In this document: positions 10,694 through 20,215 of the stretch, one piece after another | Position numbering within the stretch: position 1 is the stretch's first letter | Layout of the letters: each line of letters opens with the position of its first letter | DNA from: Flavobacteriaceae bacterium | Lineage (GTDB): Bacteria; Bacteroidota; Bacteroidia; Flavobacteriales; Flavobacteriaceae | Length of the DNA: 64,000 bases | Assembly (NCBI GenBank): GCA_965218065.1 | Contig: OZ244589.1 | Span: 2,495,127 to 2,559,126 of the forward strand | Reading direction: 5' to 3' | Notes under the pieces: model-generated | What the model was told of the DNA's origin: nothing | Databases searched by the model: none | The model's input: the letters and a program-made list of their open reading frames with translations, nothing else | Translations under genes and position numbers: made by a program

Positions 10694-11935
10694 TTATTTA
10701 AAGTAATCTTTAAATATGGGCAGTAGATAGTCAATAGGTGCTTTCTCTTTAACATTAACAAAAGCACGGGTCATCTGGCCTGGGTATATTTTAAACGGAG
10801 GCCCTTTCTTATTGGACCAATCGAAACCACTGATCGTATTCGGGTCTGAATTTAATTGTACAACCACTTTATAAACAGCTCCTTTAGACTCTATCATACT
10901 TACCAGATCACCATTTTGCAGATCATTGACCAAGCTTTTAGAAGAAGAAACAAATGGACTAACATCCTTCACCGTTCCTTTTAACCATCCGTATAAATTA
11001 TAGTCTACATTAAAAGGCTGTATATCTACTTCCATATCTTTTGTAATAAGCTCGTTCGAGCTAAACGGTACATATAAGTTTAATATGTAACTCTTACTTG
11101 TTTTTTCATCTTCATTAATAACGGCCAAAATCAGGTCCGGAGAAATAATATCTCCTTCTTTTGCATTTATCTGTCGCACAACACCGGTTGTCTTAGCCTT
11201 AACTTCGGTTCGTAATTTATATTCCTTATTTAGGTCTTCAAGTTCCTTTTCTAGAATAGCTACCTGATCTACAATATCTTTCTCTGTAATATTTTTTCCC
11301 AAATTCCATTCCTGAGAATTCAGTGTAATTAAATTGAGCTGTTCATTCAACCCAATCCTTTCCGTTTTTACATCGGTAAGATTGCTCTGAGTAGAAAAAT
11401 ATTGAGAGTATGTGATCAAACCTTTATCGTACAACTCTTTTTCCTGAGAAACCTTCTTTTCTAAAAAATCAATGGTTTTTTGATTTTCCGAAAGTTTTTC
11501 CCGAAGTCTGGATTCACCAAGATTATCTACCTGATTTTTAAGAGATGCGTTCTTTGTATTTCCAGAGAGAATTAACGTTCTTTTTGCCTTCAATTGTTTG
11601 ACCGATGCTTCGAGTTCTCTAACCTTACTTTCCATTTCCGGTTGTCTAACTACAAAAATGACATCTCCTTTTCGCACAGCGTCATTAATACTGGCATTTA
11701 CTTGAGTTAATTGTCCACCGTACAGCGCATTAACCCTGTGTAATCCACCTTCGGTGCTTATCTCACCAATTCCTTCAATTTTTTGTGGAATAGCACCAAA
11801 AATACCCCAGCCTATCGTAATAACTGCGGCCACAACGAACGCGATTAAAACGTAGGAATACATAGGGCGCGTAATGACAAGCGCCTTTAATAGCAAATTA
11901 TCTCCACTATTAGAATTGCCCTGAGATTCTTGCAT
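10694..11935 (-). CDS. HlyD-family membrane-fusion / secretion adaptor protein
   Basis: 413 aa. One N-terminal TM helix (YVLIAFVVAAVITIGWGIFGAI), a long coiled-coil centre and barrel-sandwich ends. It lies 26 nt upstream of the ABC gene. Confidence 0.85.
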   Translation of the reverse strand: MQESQGNSNSGDNLLLKALVITRPMYSYVLIAFVVAAVITIGWGIFGAIPQKIEGIGEISTEGGLHRVNALYGGQLTQVNASINDAVRKGDVIFVVRQPEMESKVRELEASVKQLKAKRTLILSGNTKNASLKNQVDNLGESRLREKLSENQKTIDFLEKKVSQEKELYDKGLITYSQYFSTQSNLTDVKTERIGLNEQLNLITLNSQEWNLGKNITEKDIVDQVAILEKELEDLNKEYKLRTEVKAKTTGVVRQINAKEGDIISPDLILAVINEDEKTSKSYILNLYVPFSSNELITKDMEVDIQPFNVDYNLYGWLKGTVKDVSPFVSSSKSLVNDLQNGDLVSMIESKGAVYKVVVQLNSDPNTISGFDWSNKKGPPFKIYPGQMTRAFVNVKEKAPIDYLLPIFKDYFK

Positions 11936-11963
11936 AAATTTTAGAAATTAATAAGGTAATGCC

Positions 11964-12257
11964 TTAGTGCATTCCCTTTGCTTTCAATGCATCTCGCTCT
12001 TCCTGAGATACCGGGCATGTGATTTTCCCGTTTGCGTCTCTATATTGATCAATATCGTGCTCGTCAATAAATTTTTGAATTTGTCCTTTAGAAAGACCCA
12101 TAGACGCAAATCTTTCCATCATATTTCCCATTCCCGGGATACTGCTCATATCTGGAGCACCATTACCTCCTGAAGAAGGCATGCTTTTTGGACTTGGTGC
12201 TGAGGGTGCAGAAGGTGCACTCGGAGGACTAGGGATGTTAAATTTTGATTTTTTCAT
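11964..12257 (-). CDS. Small Pro/Ser/Ala-rich peptide with internal Gly-Gly; candidate exported substrate or precursor
   Basis: 97 aa with no Sec signal. The N-terminus reads MKKSKFNIPSPPSAPSAPSAPSPKSMPSSGG, followed by a charged helical C-terminal part with one Cys. It heads the operon, 28 nt upstream of the HlyD gene. Confidence 0.55.
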   Translation of the reverse strand: MKKSKFNIPSPPSAPSAPSAPSPKSMPSSGGNGAPDMSSIPGMGNMMERFASMGLSKGQIQKFIDEHDIDQYRDANGKITCPVSQEERDALKAKGMH

Positions 12258-12315
12258 GAGGTGTTAGATTAATTAATATTTTGGTTTAGGATGTTTAAAT
12301 ATAACCAAAAAAAAC

Positions 12316-12323
12316 CAAAAATA
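12316..12323 (-). promoter_or_regulatory. Candidate Bacteroidota -7 box (TATTTTTG) for the export/NRPS operon
   Basis: On the minus strand this reads TATTTTTG, matching TAnnTTTG, about 58 nt upstream of ATG 12257. Confidence 0.3.
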
Positions 12324-12610
12324 AGCGCGAACCACTAAATTTAACTACGTAGTAACACTTAGATACGTCTTACCAACACACCCTTAACGCTTATGTATTA
12401 TTCGGTAAAATAATGTAAAATTCATGGTTGCTCGTAACTTATTTCATGACCAGAACAGCGATTCTTATTTTTTAAAGGATACAAGAAACGACATTAGGGA
12501 ACGAGCAGTACCGAAGTGTTAAAGTTTTCTAAATCCACTCACTGATATTTTTATTATTAAACAAATAGTACTATACTTGTAGTATACTACTTTTAAAAAC
12601 CTTAATTTCA

Positions 12611-12976
12611 ATGAATTACAAATCAAATCTTTTAGAGAAATGGGAAGAAGTTTATAAAAAAGGACTCTTAACATTTTGGGTTTTACTTTCACTAAAAGAT
12701 AAATCCTTATACGCTCACGAAATACAAGAATTCATTAAAACAATTACCAATCATACTATTTCTTGTGAAGATCAGAGTCTATATAGATCTCTCCGAAAGT
12801 ATTATGATCTTGAGATTGTTGATTATGAGTTAAGAGAAGGAAACAAAGGACCGAAGAGAAAGTATTATTTTCTTACAGACATTGGCAAAGAGCTACTTGT
12901 CGATTTCACTAACAGGAATATCAGTTTGTTTTTTCAGAACGAAGTGGTAGACATAATTTATAATAAACCATCATGA
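12611..12976 (+). CDS. PadR-family transcriptional regulator
   Basis: 121 aa with a winged-helix PadR pattern (GLLTFWVLLSLKDKSLYAHEIQEFI ... SLYRSLRKY ... KGPKRKYYFLTDIGKELL). ATGA overlap with the next ORF. Confidence 0.8.
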   Translation: MNYKSNLLEKWEEVYKKGLLTFWVLLSLKDKSLYAHEIQEFIKTITNHTISCEDQSLYRSLRKYYDLEIVDYELREGNKGPKRKYYFLTDIGKELLVDFTNRNISLFFQNEVVDIIYNKPS

Positions 12977-13380
12977 AAACAATTTCAAATAACTTAAAGT
13001 ACTTTGCTTTATTCACTCTTATTTTATCCATTCTTTTTTTTAACTATCTATATTCTTCGTTAGAAAAGGGTTTATATAATAACATCGTACTATTTGCCAT
13101 TCTATATGGAGCAAGCGTTTTTATTTCTGGATTAATCTATGGTTTCAGAGAAAAAGTTCGTCATACCAGAGGAGATATCGAGTTTCGATATCATCTTGTT
13201 ACATTTAGCATTGTAAATAGTGTAGGCATTACTTTTTTAATTATCTATATGGACTTGAATTTTAAAAATGTATTGATTATTTCCAGTCAACTATTTTTCT
13301 GGGGGATAGGTCTTCTAGTGCATTATTATTTCAGTTCAAGATCTATTAAAGGTATGGAAGCCGGCGAAATCTTTAAATAG
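12973..13380 (+). CDS. PadR-associated integral membrane protein
   Basis: 135 aa with about four hydrophobic helices. Translationally coupled to the PadR gene. Confidence 0.6.
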   Translation: MKTISNNLKYFALFTLILSILFFNYLYSSLEKGLYNNIVLFAILYGASVFISGLIYGFREKVRHTRGDIEFRYHLVTFSIVNSVGITFLIIYMDLNFKNVLIISSQLFFWGIGLLVHYYFSSRSIKGMEAGEIFK

Positions 13381-13465
13381 TGTCGTTTTGTTTTTATAAA
13401 ATTAGAACTCCAAGCTCTTGTTTTAGCATACAGCTACCAACCTTAGTATAAACAAACTTATAATT

Positions 13466-14470
13466 TCACTTAGTTCGTTCGTTCAGAATGGAAGTTTTAT
13501 AAATAATCCTCCCTTTCCAATCGACAATTTGCACGAACATTTCTTTCTCCGTTAGCGAAACAATCATAAACCCCTGAATGGATTTTGCAAACTTTGTATA
13601 ATTTGCATAACTCGTTGGTCTAACCTGAGATCCAGCTCCAGATACAAAATGATGAGTTTTAACGTTTTGAGGTTTTTGATATTGTAGATCATGCTCATGC
13701 CCTGCGAAGTAAGCATTCACTCTATATTTCTCGAACAAATATTCTAAATGTTTTTTCACGTTATTGGGTCGATCTTTTCTTTTTCCTGACGTATACAATG
13801 GATGATGTCCGATAACTATATTCCATGTGGCCGTAGATTCCTTAAGGTTCTTCTCTATCCATTTCTTTTGAGCCAGAGAATCTTGACTTTGAATATTCTT
13901 CTGATACTTTTCATCTAAATAGTAAAAATCTTCAAAAGGGTTCGTATCTAAGAAAAGAAACCTAATCGACGCGTCTCCCTTTCCGTATTTTTTATCCAAT
14001 TTGAAATACCTTTCAGGCATGTTCCATCTTTGGCTGACTTTCGTATATTCAACTTGCGCCTGTGGATTCCCTCTATATCCATGGTTTCCAAGAACTACAT
14101 ACCAAGGACAAAATAAATTATAGCCAGAGTAAACATCTTCAAAACTACTTTTTATATACGGGTCTGACTTACTAGCTATACCATTTGGATAAAAATTATC
14201 TCCAGTTGAAATAATAAATTCTGGTTCTATTAAAAATGCAGCTTGATGCATAATACTAGCGACGTTCTTCTGAAGAAAATACCCATTTCTACCCCAATCG
14301 CCAATTACGTAAAAATGAAATGCATTTTCTAAAATTTCTAATTTCTCTAAGTTTCTATTATTACTTTTATTATGGTATTCAGTAAAGTGCTCTCTTGAAC
14401 TTTGGCATGCAACAAACAAGACAAATGAGACATATAATACTGAGATGTTAACAGGCAACCTTCTCATCAA
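13466..14470 (-). CDS. Metallophosphoesterase, purple/tartrate-resistant acid-phosphatase-like lipoprotein
   Basis: 334 aa with lipoprotein signal FVLFVAC. Motifs GDWG, GDNFY, GNHG, GHHP and GHEHDLQY. Confidence 0.8.
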   Translation of the reverse strand: MMRRLPVNISVLYVSFVLFVACQSSREHFTEYHNKSNNRNLEKLEILENAFHFYVIGDWGRNGYFLQKNVASIMHQAAFLIEPEFIISTGDNFYPNGIASKSDPYIKSSFEDVYSGYNLFCPWYVVLGNHGYRGNPQAQVEYTKVSQRWNMPERYFKLDKKYGKGDASIRFLFLDTNPFEDFYYLDEKYQKNIQSQDSLAQKKWIEKNLKESTATWNIVIGHHPLYTSGKRKDRPNNVKKHLEYLFEKYRVNAYFAGHEHDLQYQKPQNVKTHHFVSGAGSQVRPTSYANYTKFAKSIQGFMIVSLTEKEMFVQIVDWKGRIIYKTSILNERTK

Positions 14471-14481
14471 TACGCGTGTTG

Positions 14482-15537
14482 TTAATTGGTTTTGTTTTTT
14501 TCGATAGCTCTTAAAATTGCTTTTTTCACATTGCCCTTACCGCCCGTATATTTCAACGCTCGTTTGTAATACTTGTCGGCTTTTTTGTACAGCTTTTTAT
14601 AGGAAAAGTACAAACCAGCGGCATAATTTGATTCCCATGTTTTTGGGTTCTTCTTTAGATTAGAATCGTTCAGTTCTTCGATGATCTTTAATGCGTCTTT
14701 TTTTCTATACCTATAAATGTAACTATAGGCTTCATACGCAGTTGCGGACGCTATCAACTCTTTCTTTACCTCGTTGAACTTCTCTGTCTGTTCAGTTTTA
14801 AGTAGCAACTGTGCCTTAACTAAATAATTATTAAATGTTTTTTCATTGTTTAATGCTCTGTCAATCCAATCGAGTCCTTGAGTATAGTTCATGTTGTTAT
14901 TTAGGCAGTACGAGGCAGCATTATACCAGCCGTCCGGAGTAAAAGCTGCATCTGATCTTAGTTGTTGTTTTATATGATTCAAAGTAGTTAGTACATCTAC
15001 CTCAATCTTAAATGGAATTTTATATTCACCCCATTTTAAGGACAAAACCACATGGTTTTTTTCTCGGATCTCAAAATCGTATGTTAACCACTCTCTATGA
15101 GGAATTTTTTCTTTTTTCACAGTCACCCTTAAAACATCTTCGTTTTTATCGTAGAAAAAGCTTCCCCATGAAGTAGTGTTTTTCGAAAAAATAATAGTCA
15201 CATCATCCTCTGCAGCAATTACATGAAACCCGTAGATTCCCGCAGCCATTTTCTTTCCTTCAATTCTGACGCTATCGGAAAAAGAAATAGTGGTATTTTC
15301 ATTAGCTCCTGCTCTCCAGGGAAAGGGCTTCCCTCCTTTAGGCATAATTCTAGCATTCCCCCAAACTTTTCTTCCTCTGGTTGCCGGACTATGATAATTA
15401 ACAACAATATCTGTAAAACCAACCCGTTGCATTGTACTAGATTTCTGACTTTTTTTAGGTATTTCAAGTGCTCTAGGTATTTGTGAGAAGCCGTTGAAAA
15501 CAAACATAGAACAGATTAAAATGATTACTTTTTTCAT
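14482..15537 (-). CDS. Secreted DUF2911-like protein with TPR-like C-terminal half
   Basis: Signal peptide MKKVIILICSMFVFNGFSQ starts at ATG 15537; the track start at 15564 is 9 codons further upstream. FTDIVVNYHSPATRGRKVWG ... PWRAGANENT resembles DUF2911. Confidence 0.6.
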   Translation of the reverse strand: MKKVIILICSMFVFNGFSQIPRALEIPKKSQKSSTMQRVGFTDIVVNYHSPATRGRKVWGNARIMPKGGKPFPWRAGANENTTISFSDSVRIEGKKMAAGIYGFHVIAAEDDVTIIFSKNTTSWGSFFYDKNEDVLRVTVKKEKIPHREWLTYDFEIREKNHVVLSLKWGEYKIPFKIEVDVLTTLNHIKQQLRSDAAFTPDGWYNAASYCLNNNMNYTQGLDWIDRALNNEKTFNNYLVKAQLLLKTEQTEKFNEVKKELIASATAYEAYSYIYRYRKKDALKIIEELNDSNLKKNPKTWESNYAAGLYFSYKKLYKKADKYYKRALKYTGGKGNVKKAILRAIEKNKTN

Positions 15538-15664
15538 ATTGAATATCTTTAAATTAAAACACATGTTGATTATTTAAAACTGTCTAACTTGAGACTTATC
15601 TTACATTCTGCATAAGAGTATACCGATTTTGAAGATCCATAACTTAAATCATAGATTATATGAA

Positions 15665-16984
15665 CTATGCGCCCTGAACAACTTTAAAAACATTCCCAAA
15701 TGGATCTGTCAAATACAAAATCGGTATACCTGTTTCAGGGTTTGTTGTTATTTTCATTTGGGACCCAACTTTATCTTTTAATTTTTCAGATAAGCTTTTG
15801 ATGTTTGGTACGCTAAAAACCATCATTAATTGAGTTTCCTCTATATTATATGTAGCTGGGATCACGCTTTTTTTATGTAGCATAAATGCAAAATTCCCAT
15901 CAGCGTACCCAAGAGGTAGCGCCGGTAAAAACTTTGTCGAACGAACCGTAAAGCCCAAAATATCACAATAGAATGCTTTCGCTTTCTCCAAATTATTCAC
16001 AGACAATCCGACATTATAGATCATTGGTTCTTTGAATCTGGGCACGGGAAATTTTGACTGCTCCATGAAATTAATTTTATTTCCAAACGGATCTTGATAT
16101 GTAGCAGCATATCCTACCCCATTTTCAACTTTCCCGGCAACAAGGGTAATACCTTTTGCTTTGTAATCTGCCATTAAACTATCTAAGTCATTCGTATGAA
16201 AAGACAGCGACGTCCTTGTTTCTTTAGGAAATTGATCTTTCCTTAATTTCGATACTTTATAAAGTAGTAGTTTAATTCCCTTATTATCTAATTCGGCGTA
16301 CTGATCTGTTTTAGATTTTACCTTAAACCCTATTTTTTTTGAATAAAAACGTACCGCCTTATCCATATGTAAAACGTTAATTTGAATTGCATAAACCTTT
16401 AGTCCATTTTTCTTCTTGTTCATTAGAAATTCCTTTTCTCGTTGTTGCTTTAAGGTTCTTACCCCGTGTATTACTCTCTCTTCATCTGTAATCTTTGTTG
16501 TATCTATCCTATATCTTTCCCAAGGGCTTTGAGCATTCTTTCTTATAAACTGAGTGCCAAAAATTTGTGGTTTATTTTTTCTCATTAAATCTCTATCAAT
16601 AGCTGCTGCTAAGAGCCATTTATCAGTCATTGAATCCAACTCAACAGCTTTTCTCATCATTTTTACAGCCATAGTAGATGAAACGGTATCATTTCCATGT
16701 TGAAATATCATTGCTGCACGATAATGATCTAAAGAGGTCTTTATTTTATTTGTATTTAAAAGCTGCCTCACTCTGGCTCGTCTATCGGAGTCATTCTTAC
16801 TTACAGTACTCCAATCAATAGGATCCTTAGACCGATCAGCTTGATCTTCATTATACATTTTCAGCATTTCCATGTTGTCATGACTTTCTACAGATGTCGT
16901 TTTATTGGTCTTCTTTCCGATGCAAGAATTAAAAACGCATATCATTATGAGAGGTACGGCAATAATATTTTTAATACGAATCAT
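15665..16984 (-). CDS. Lipoprotein with tandem VOC/glyoxalase-like domains
   Basis: 439 aa with lipobox VFNSC. Two VOC-like modules are visible (LHMDKAVRFYSKKIGFKV and VNNLEKAKAFYCDILGFTV). Confidence 0.6.
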   Translation of the reverse strand: MIRIKNIIAVPLIMICVFNSCIGKKTNKTTSVESHDNMEMLKMYNEDQADRSKDPIDWSTVSKNDSDRRARVRQLLNTNKIKTSLDHYRAAMIFQHGNDTVSSTMAVKMMRKAVELDSMTDKWLLAAAIDRDLMRKNKPQIFGTQFIRKNAQSPWERYRIDTTKITDEERVIHGVRTLKQQREKEFLMNKKKNGLKVYAIQINVLHMDKAVRFYSKKIGFKVKSKTDQYAELDNKGIKLLLYKVSKLRKDQFPKETRTSLSFHTNDLDSLMADYKAKGITLVAGKVENGVGYAATYQDPFGNKINFMEQSKFPVPRFKEPMIYNVGLSVNNLEKAKAFYCDILGFTVRSTKFLPALPLGYADGNFAFMLHKKSVIPATYNIEETQLMMVFSVPNIKSLSEKLKDKVGSQMKITTNPETGIPILYLTDPFGNVFKVVQGA

Positions 16985-17158
16985 ACATTTTATTTAATAG
17001 TAGTTCTTAACTGAGTGGACGATTTTATAATTGCTACTTCAAGAGTTGCATGATATTTATTGGTATCAGAGTTGGTACATATCTTTATTCGTTTTGCTAA
17101 CATTGTTGCTTGGCATTTAGTTTCGGTATAGTTCAGTGCATTATTAATTAGCCAATGA

Positions 17159-18010
17159 CTATTTTAAAAAACTCGCTATTTCGGTATAGTTCAGGTCACT
17201 TCTATTATTTACGAAATCCTTAATCACAGCCCGATGAGCAGCTCCGATAATGACAAGTGCATTATCTCTATCTTCAATTACTTTATCTATATTCCTTAAG
17301 ATCATCATATTTCTTTTATACCATTTCGAAGATAGCTCTGCCCCTACTTCATTGGCTGTATTTCCAAAATTTAAAATGGTGCTCAAATAAGTTTCATTGG
17401 TAAATTGGTCCATTTTGTTCGTATTATTGTCCTTCAAAAAATTAGCTAACGTTGTGTTCGAAAGTTCTTTTGTTTTACTTCCCGTAAACTCAAATACTTT
17501 CTTCATCATCAGATTTAACTCATCCATTCTATTATTTTGCTGACAAAATTTGGAAATAGCATCAAAAGGTAAGGGCAACTTACTGTCAATTGCATAGACT
17601 TTCTTATGCCCTAGTAGCTTTGCCAGTCTAAACCCGATCTGGTATTTTTCCTTTTTCGGAAGTTTAAATTCACCTTTTAAGTATTTTTTATAATCTACAT
17701 TTAAGGAGCTATCCAAATGAACACTATGTTCAACCAATACTTTGGTAGGCTTATAACTTGCAAGTTTCTGAACCACCTCTTTAATTTCAGATTGTCTTTT
17801 CTTTCCTAGAACATCTTTCATTACAATAGCTCCCACATCATTCGTTGCACCAAAATGAAACATCCCAAGCATCGCTATTTTTGCTTTTTTACTTTTTTTG
17901 TTGTTTTGAGATTGTGCATTTTGAAACTGAAACACTATGACTAGAGCAGTCATCAAAAACGCGTAATTTAAGCCAGGCAATCCGAGTTTTTTATTTGTAT
18001 TTATTTTCAT
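17159..18010 (-). CDS. Secreted hypothetical protein (DUF5694 / TraB-GumN-like pattern)
   Basis: 283 aa with a signal peptide. The AMLGMFHFG ... KRQSEI pattern is the only family hint. Confidence 0.45.
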   Translation of the reverse strand: MKINTNKKLGLPGLNYAFLMTALVIVFQFQNAQSQNNKKSKKAKIAMLGMFHFGATNDVGAIVMKDVLGKKRQSEIKEVVQKLASYKPTKVLVEHSVHLDSSLNVDYKKYLKGEFKLPKKEKYQIGFRLAKLLGHKKVYAIDSKLPLPFDAISKFCQQNNRMDELNLMMKKVFEFTGSKTKELSNTTLANFLKDNNTNKMDQFTNETYLSTILNFGNTANEVGAELSSKWYKRNMMILRNIDKVIEDRDNALVIIGAAHRAVIKDFVNNRSDLNYTEIASFLK

Positions 18011-18022
18011 AAATGACTATTG

Positions 18023-18433
18023 TTATTGTTTTTCTTTCTTTGAAAAAGTAGCTTTTGCTGTTGTCTTTTTCGGTTGCGTTTTATCTTTTGCGTCAATAGC
18101 CTTTGCTGAAATTTTATTGCTAGATTCTTCTTTAGAAAAAACAGCTGTAGCACCCTTCTTCTGAGCCAAAGTAATTTTTGATTCTGTGGTTCCTCTTGCC
18201 ACCATACTTTGAAACTCATTTTCCTCTTTATCGAAAACGGCCGATGCGCTACGATCATTGGTTGAAAGAGATGCTTCGATAATTCGTTTGAGTGAAACGT
18301 CTTGTTTTTTGTCTTTCTCTTTTGCTTCGATCGAAGTTGAACGAATTGTCTCTTCATTTTGAACTTCTTCCTGGCAACCATTTAGCAATAGACAAAACAA
18401 AATGATTACGCTATTTATAAAATAATTTTTCAT
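18023..18433 (-). CDS. Small lipoprotein, function unknown
   Basis: 136 aa with lipobox LLLNGC and three A-x-A-(V/T)-F-x-K-E-E repeats. Preferred over the overlapping same-strand ORF 18007..18381. Confidence 0.5.
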   Translation of the reverse strand: MKNYFINSVIILFCLLLNGCQEEVQNEETIRSTSIEAKEKDKKQDVSLKRIIEASLSTNDRSASAVFDKEENEFQSMVARGTTESKITLAQKKGATAVFSKEESSNKISAKAIDAKDKTQPKKTTAKATFSKKEKQ

Positions 18434-18457
18434 GATATATATAATTAAATTAGTACA

Positions 18458-19147
18458 CTACTGTTTCTGTTTTCTGTTTTTCAATCTTCCTAGCCAAACA
18501 TCTATCCATGTCTTATTCCATTGGTCCGGGATGAGTTTGTCTTTTTGAGTTTTTTCTTCGTACAACTTTTTTGCTCTTTCCAAAATAGTCTTACCCATAA
18601 CAATTTTGGATAGATCTGGTGATGGTTTGGCTCTGAATCCTTCGTTTAGGGTTTTAGTTCCCAACATTGCTAAAACTAATGGATGATCGCTATGAGCTGC
18701 TAATCCTTTATTTATAGCTTCTTTTTCATCTTTTGCCAATTGAATCCCCTTCTTAGTATTACCCATGGCAAAATTTGGTCCTTGTGATAGATTGGAGAGA
18801 AGCGCTTTTAAAGCCATTAGATAGACCACTTGCTTCTTTGAAGGAGTGCCCATATTTTTTTTCGATCGTGCATAATAGTCAAAAGCAATCTTATAATATT
18901 TTAGTTTATCCTTTGTAAGCCTACCTGCTTGCGAGTACAGAAACGACGTCCAATACGCTGGCAACCATTCATTTGGGTTTGAATCACTAATCTTTTTAAA
19001 ACTTTGAGCAGAAGTCAACTCTTCTTCAAAGGTTGTTGCTCTTTCATGAATCTCTAATGCTTGTAGCATTTTCGTGTTCATATTCTGGCTAAATGACGTT
19101 GTGAAACCAGCGATTGTCAGTAAAATCAACAAATAATATTTTCTCAT
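18458..19147 (-). CDS. Secreted hypothetical protein
   Basis: 229 aa with signal peptide MRKYYLLILLTIAGFTTSFSQ. No domain recognised. Confidence 0.45.
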   Translation of the reverse strand: MRKYYLLILLTIAGFTTSFSQNMNTKMLQALEIHERATTFEEELTSAQSFKKISDSNPNEWLPAYWTSFLYSQAGRLTKDKLKYYKIAFDYYARSKKNMGTPSKKQVVYLMALKALLSNLSQGPNFAMGNTKKGIQLAKDEKEAINKGLAAHSDHPLVLAMLGTKTLNEGFRAKPSPDLSKIVMGKTILERAKKLYEEKTQKDKLIPDQWNKTWIDVWLGRLKNRKQKQ

Positions 19148-19234
19148 TTTTAATGTTTTTTATTGTTTATATGGTTTTCAAAATTTTTCTATATCCGAAG
19201 CAATCTTTGATGTTATTCTATGAACGGAGCCGCA

Positions 19235-20212
19235 TTAATCGCTTAGCCATTTTTTAATTATTTCCGTAACCTTTTTGGGAGCCTCTTGCTGAATGAAATG
19301 CCCTTTATTGGGGATCGTATGAATCGTAACCTCATTATCTATCCAATCCCAGGTATTGTTTAACATTGCAGTGGGCAACGCTTTATCAAGCATACCATGG
19401 ATCAACAGTACAGGGCATTTCACTTTTTGTATTGGGGGCTTAATTCGTTTTGTCTTTTGAACGGAAGACGTATTATTCTTTGTTTCTTGCTTCTCGGGCT
19501 TTGGGTAATTCGCCTTGTAATAATTAAGCATTCCCGGAATAGATGAGTTTTTAAATGCATTTACATAGAGCTCTCGATCAACAAGTGTAAGACTCTTATG
19601 AGCGTTTGTCATATTTTCTGGAGTTAATGCACTTTTTGCTTCATCCTTTTTAAAATCTTGTGCATACTTGCCTGTCTTTGGATGGTCACGCAAATATTGG
19701 ATCAGACCGTTAGAATGAGGAATATTACAGGCAACCAATTTTTCAACTCTTTTCGGGTAATACGTAGCTAAATTCCACCCTATGGCACCTCCCCAATCAT
19801 TTGCAATTATAGTTGCCTTATCTATTTTTAGGTCGTCAATCACGGCAATGATGTCTTTCATGAGTACACGCATCTTGTAATTTTCAACACCTTTTGGCTT
19901 ATCACTCTTGTTGTAGCCTCTTAAGTCAACTGCAACAACTTTATAATCTTTTGACAAGGTTTCCATTTGATTACGCCAGGTATACCAAAAATCAGGAAAG
20001 CCATGAAGCATTATAAGAACTGGCCCTTTTCCTAGTACAACATAATGTATTTTTACACCATTGTTATTCGCAAAGTGATGTTCTACTTTATCAAAGACAG
20101 TTACTTTATGATTTTGAGCTTGCAATTCAAATCCTGGAAAAATTGCACAAAAAATCACACTCATAAGCAGCAGCCAGCCCTTATAAATACTTTTGTTATT
20201 CTTAATGATCAT
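19235..20212 (-). CDS. Alpha/beta hydrolase, epoxide-hydrolase / dehalogenase-like
   Basis: 325 aa. HGFPDFWYTWRNQ and the Asp-nucleophile elbow ANDWGG, with a C-terminal GHF His motif. Confidence 0.8.
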   Translation of the reverse strand: MIIKNNKSIYKGWLLLMSVIFCAIFPGFELQAQNHKVTVFDKVEHHFANNNGVKIHYVVLGKGPVLIMLHGFPDFWYTWRNQMETLSKDYKVVAVDLRGYNKSDKPKGVENYKMRVLMKDIIAVIDDLKIDKATIIANDWGGAIGWNLATYYPKRVEKLVACNIPHSNGLIQYLRDHPKTGKYAQDFKKDEAKSALTPENMTNAHKSLTLVDRELYVNAFKNSSIPGMLNYYKANYPKPEKQETKNNTSSVQKTKRIKPPIQKVKCPVLLIHGMLDKALPTAMLNNTWDWIDNEVTIHTIPNKGHFIQQEAPKKVTEIIKKWLSD

Positions 20213-20215
20213 CGA

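Noticed and set aside
15219-15503. Two ~90-aa ORFs (15219..15503 on the minus strand, 15223..15486 on the plus strand) inside the DUF2911-like gene.
   Set aside because: They are nested in or antisense to a longer ORF that has a signal peptide and family-like motifs.
18007-18381. A 124-aa same-strand ORF overlapping the 136-aa lipoprotein ORF in another frame.
   Set aside because: Its product is extremely K/R/Q-rich with no signal peptide or motif. The alternative frame has a clean lipobox and internal repeats.
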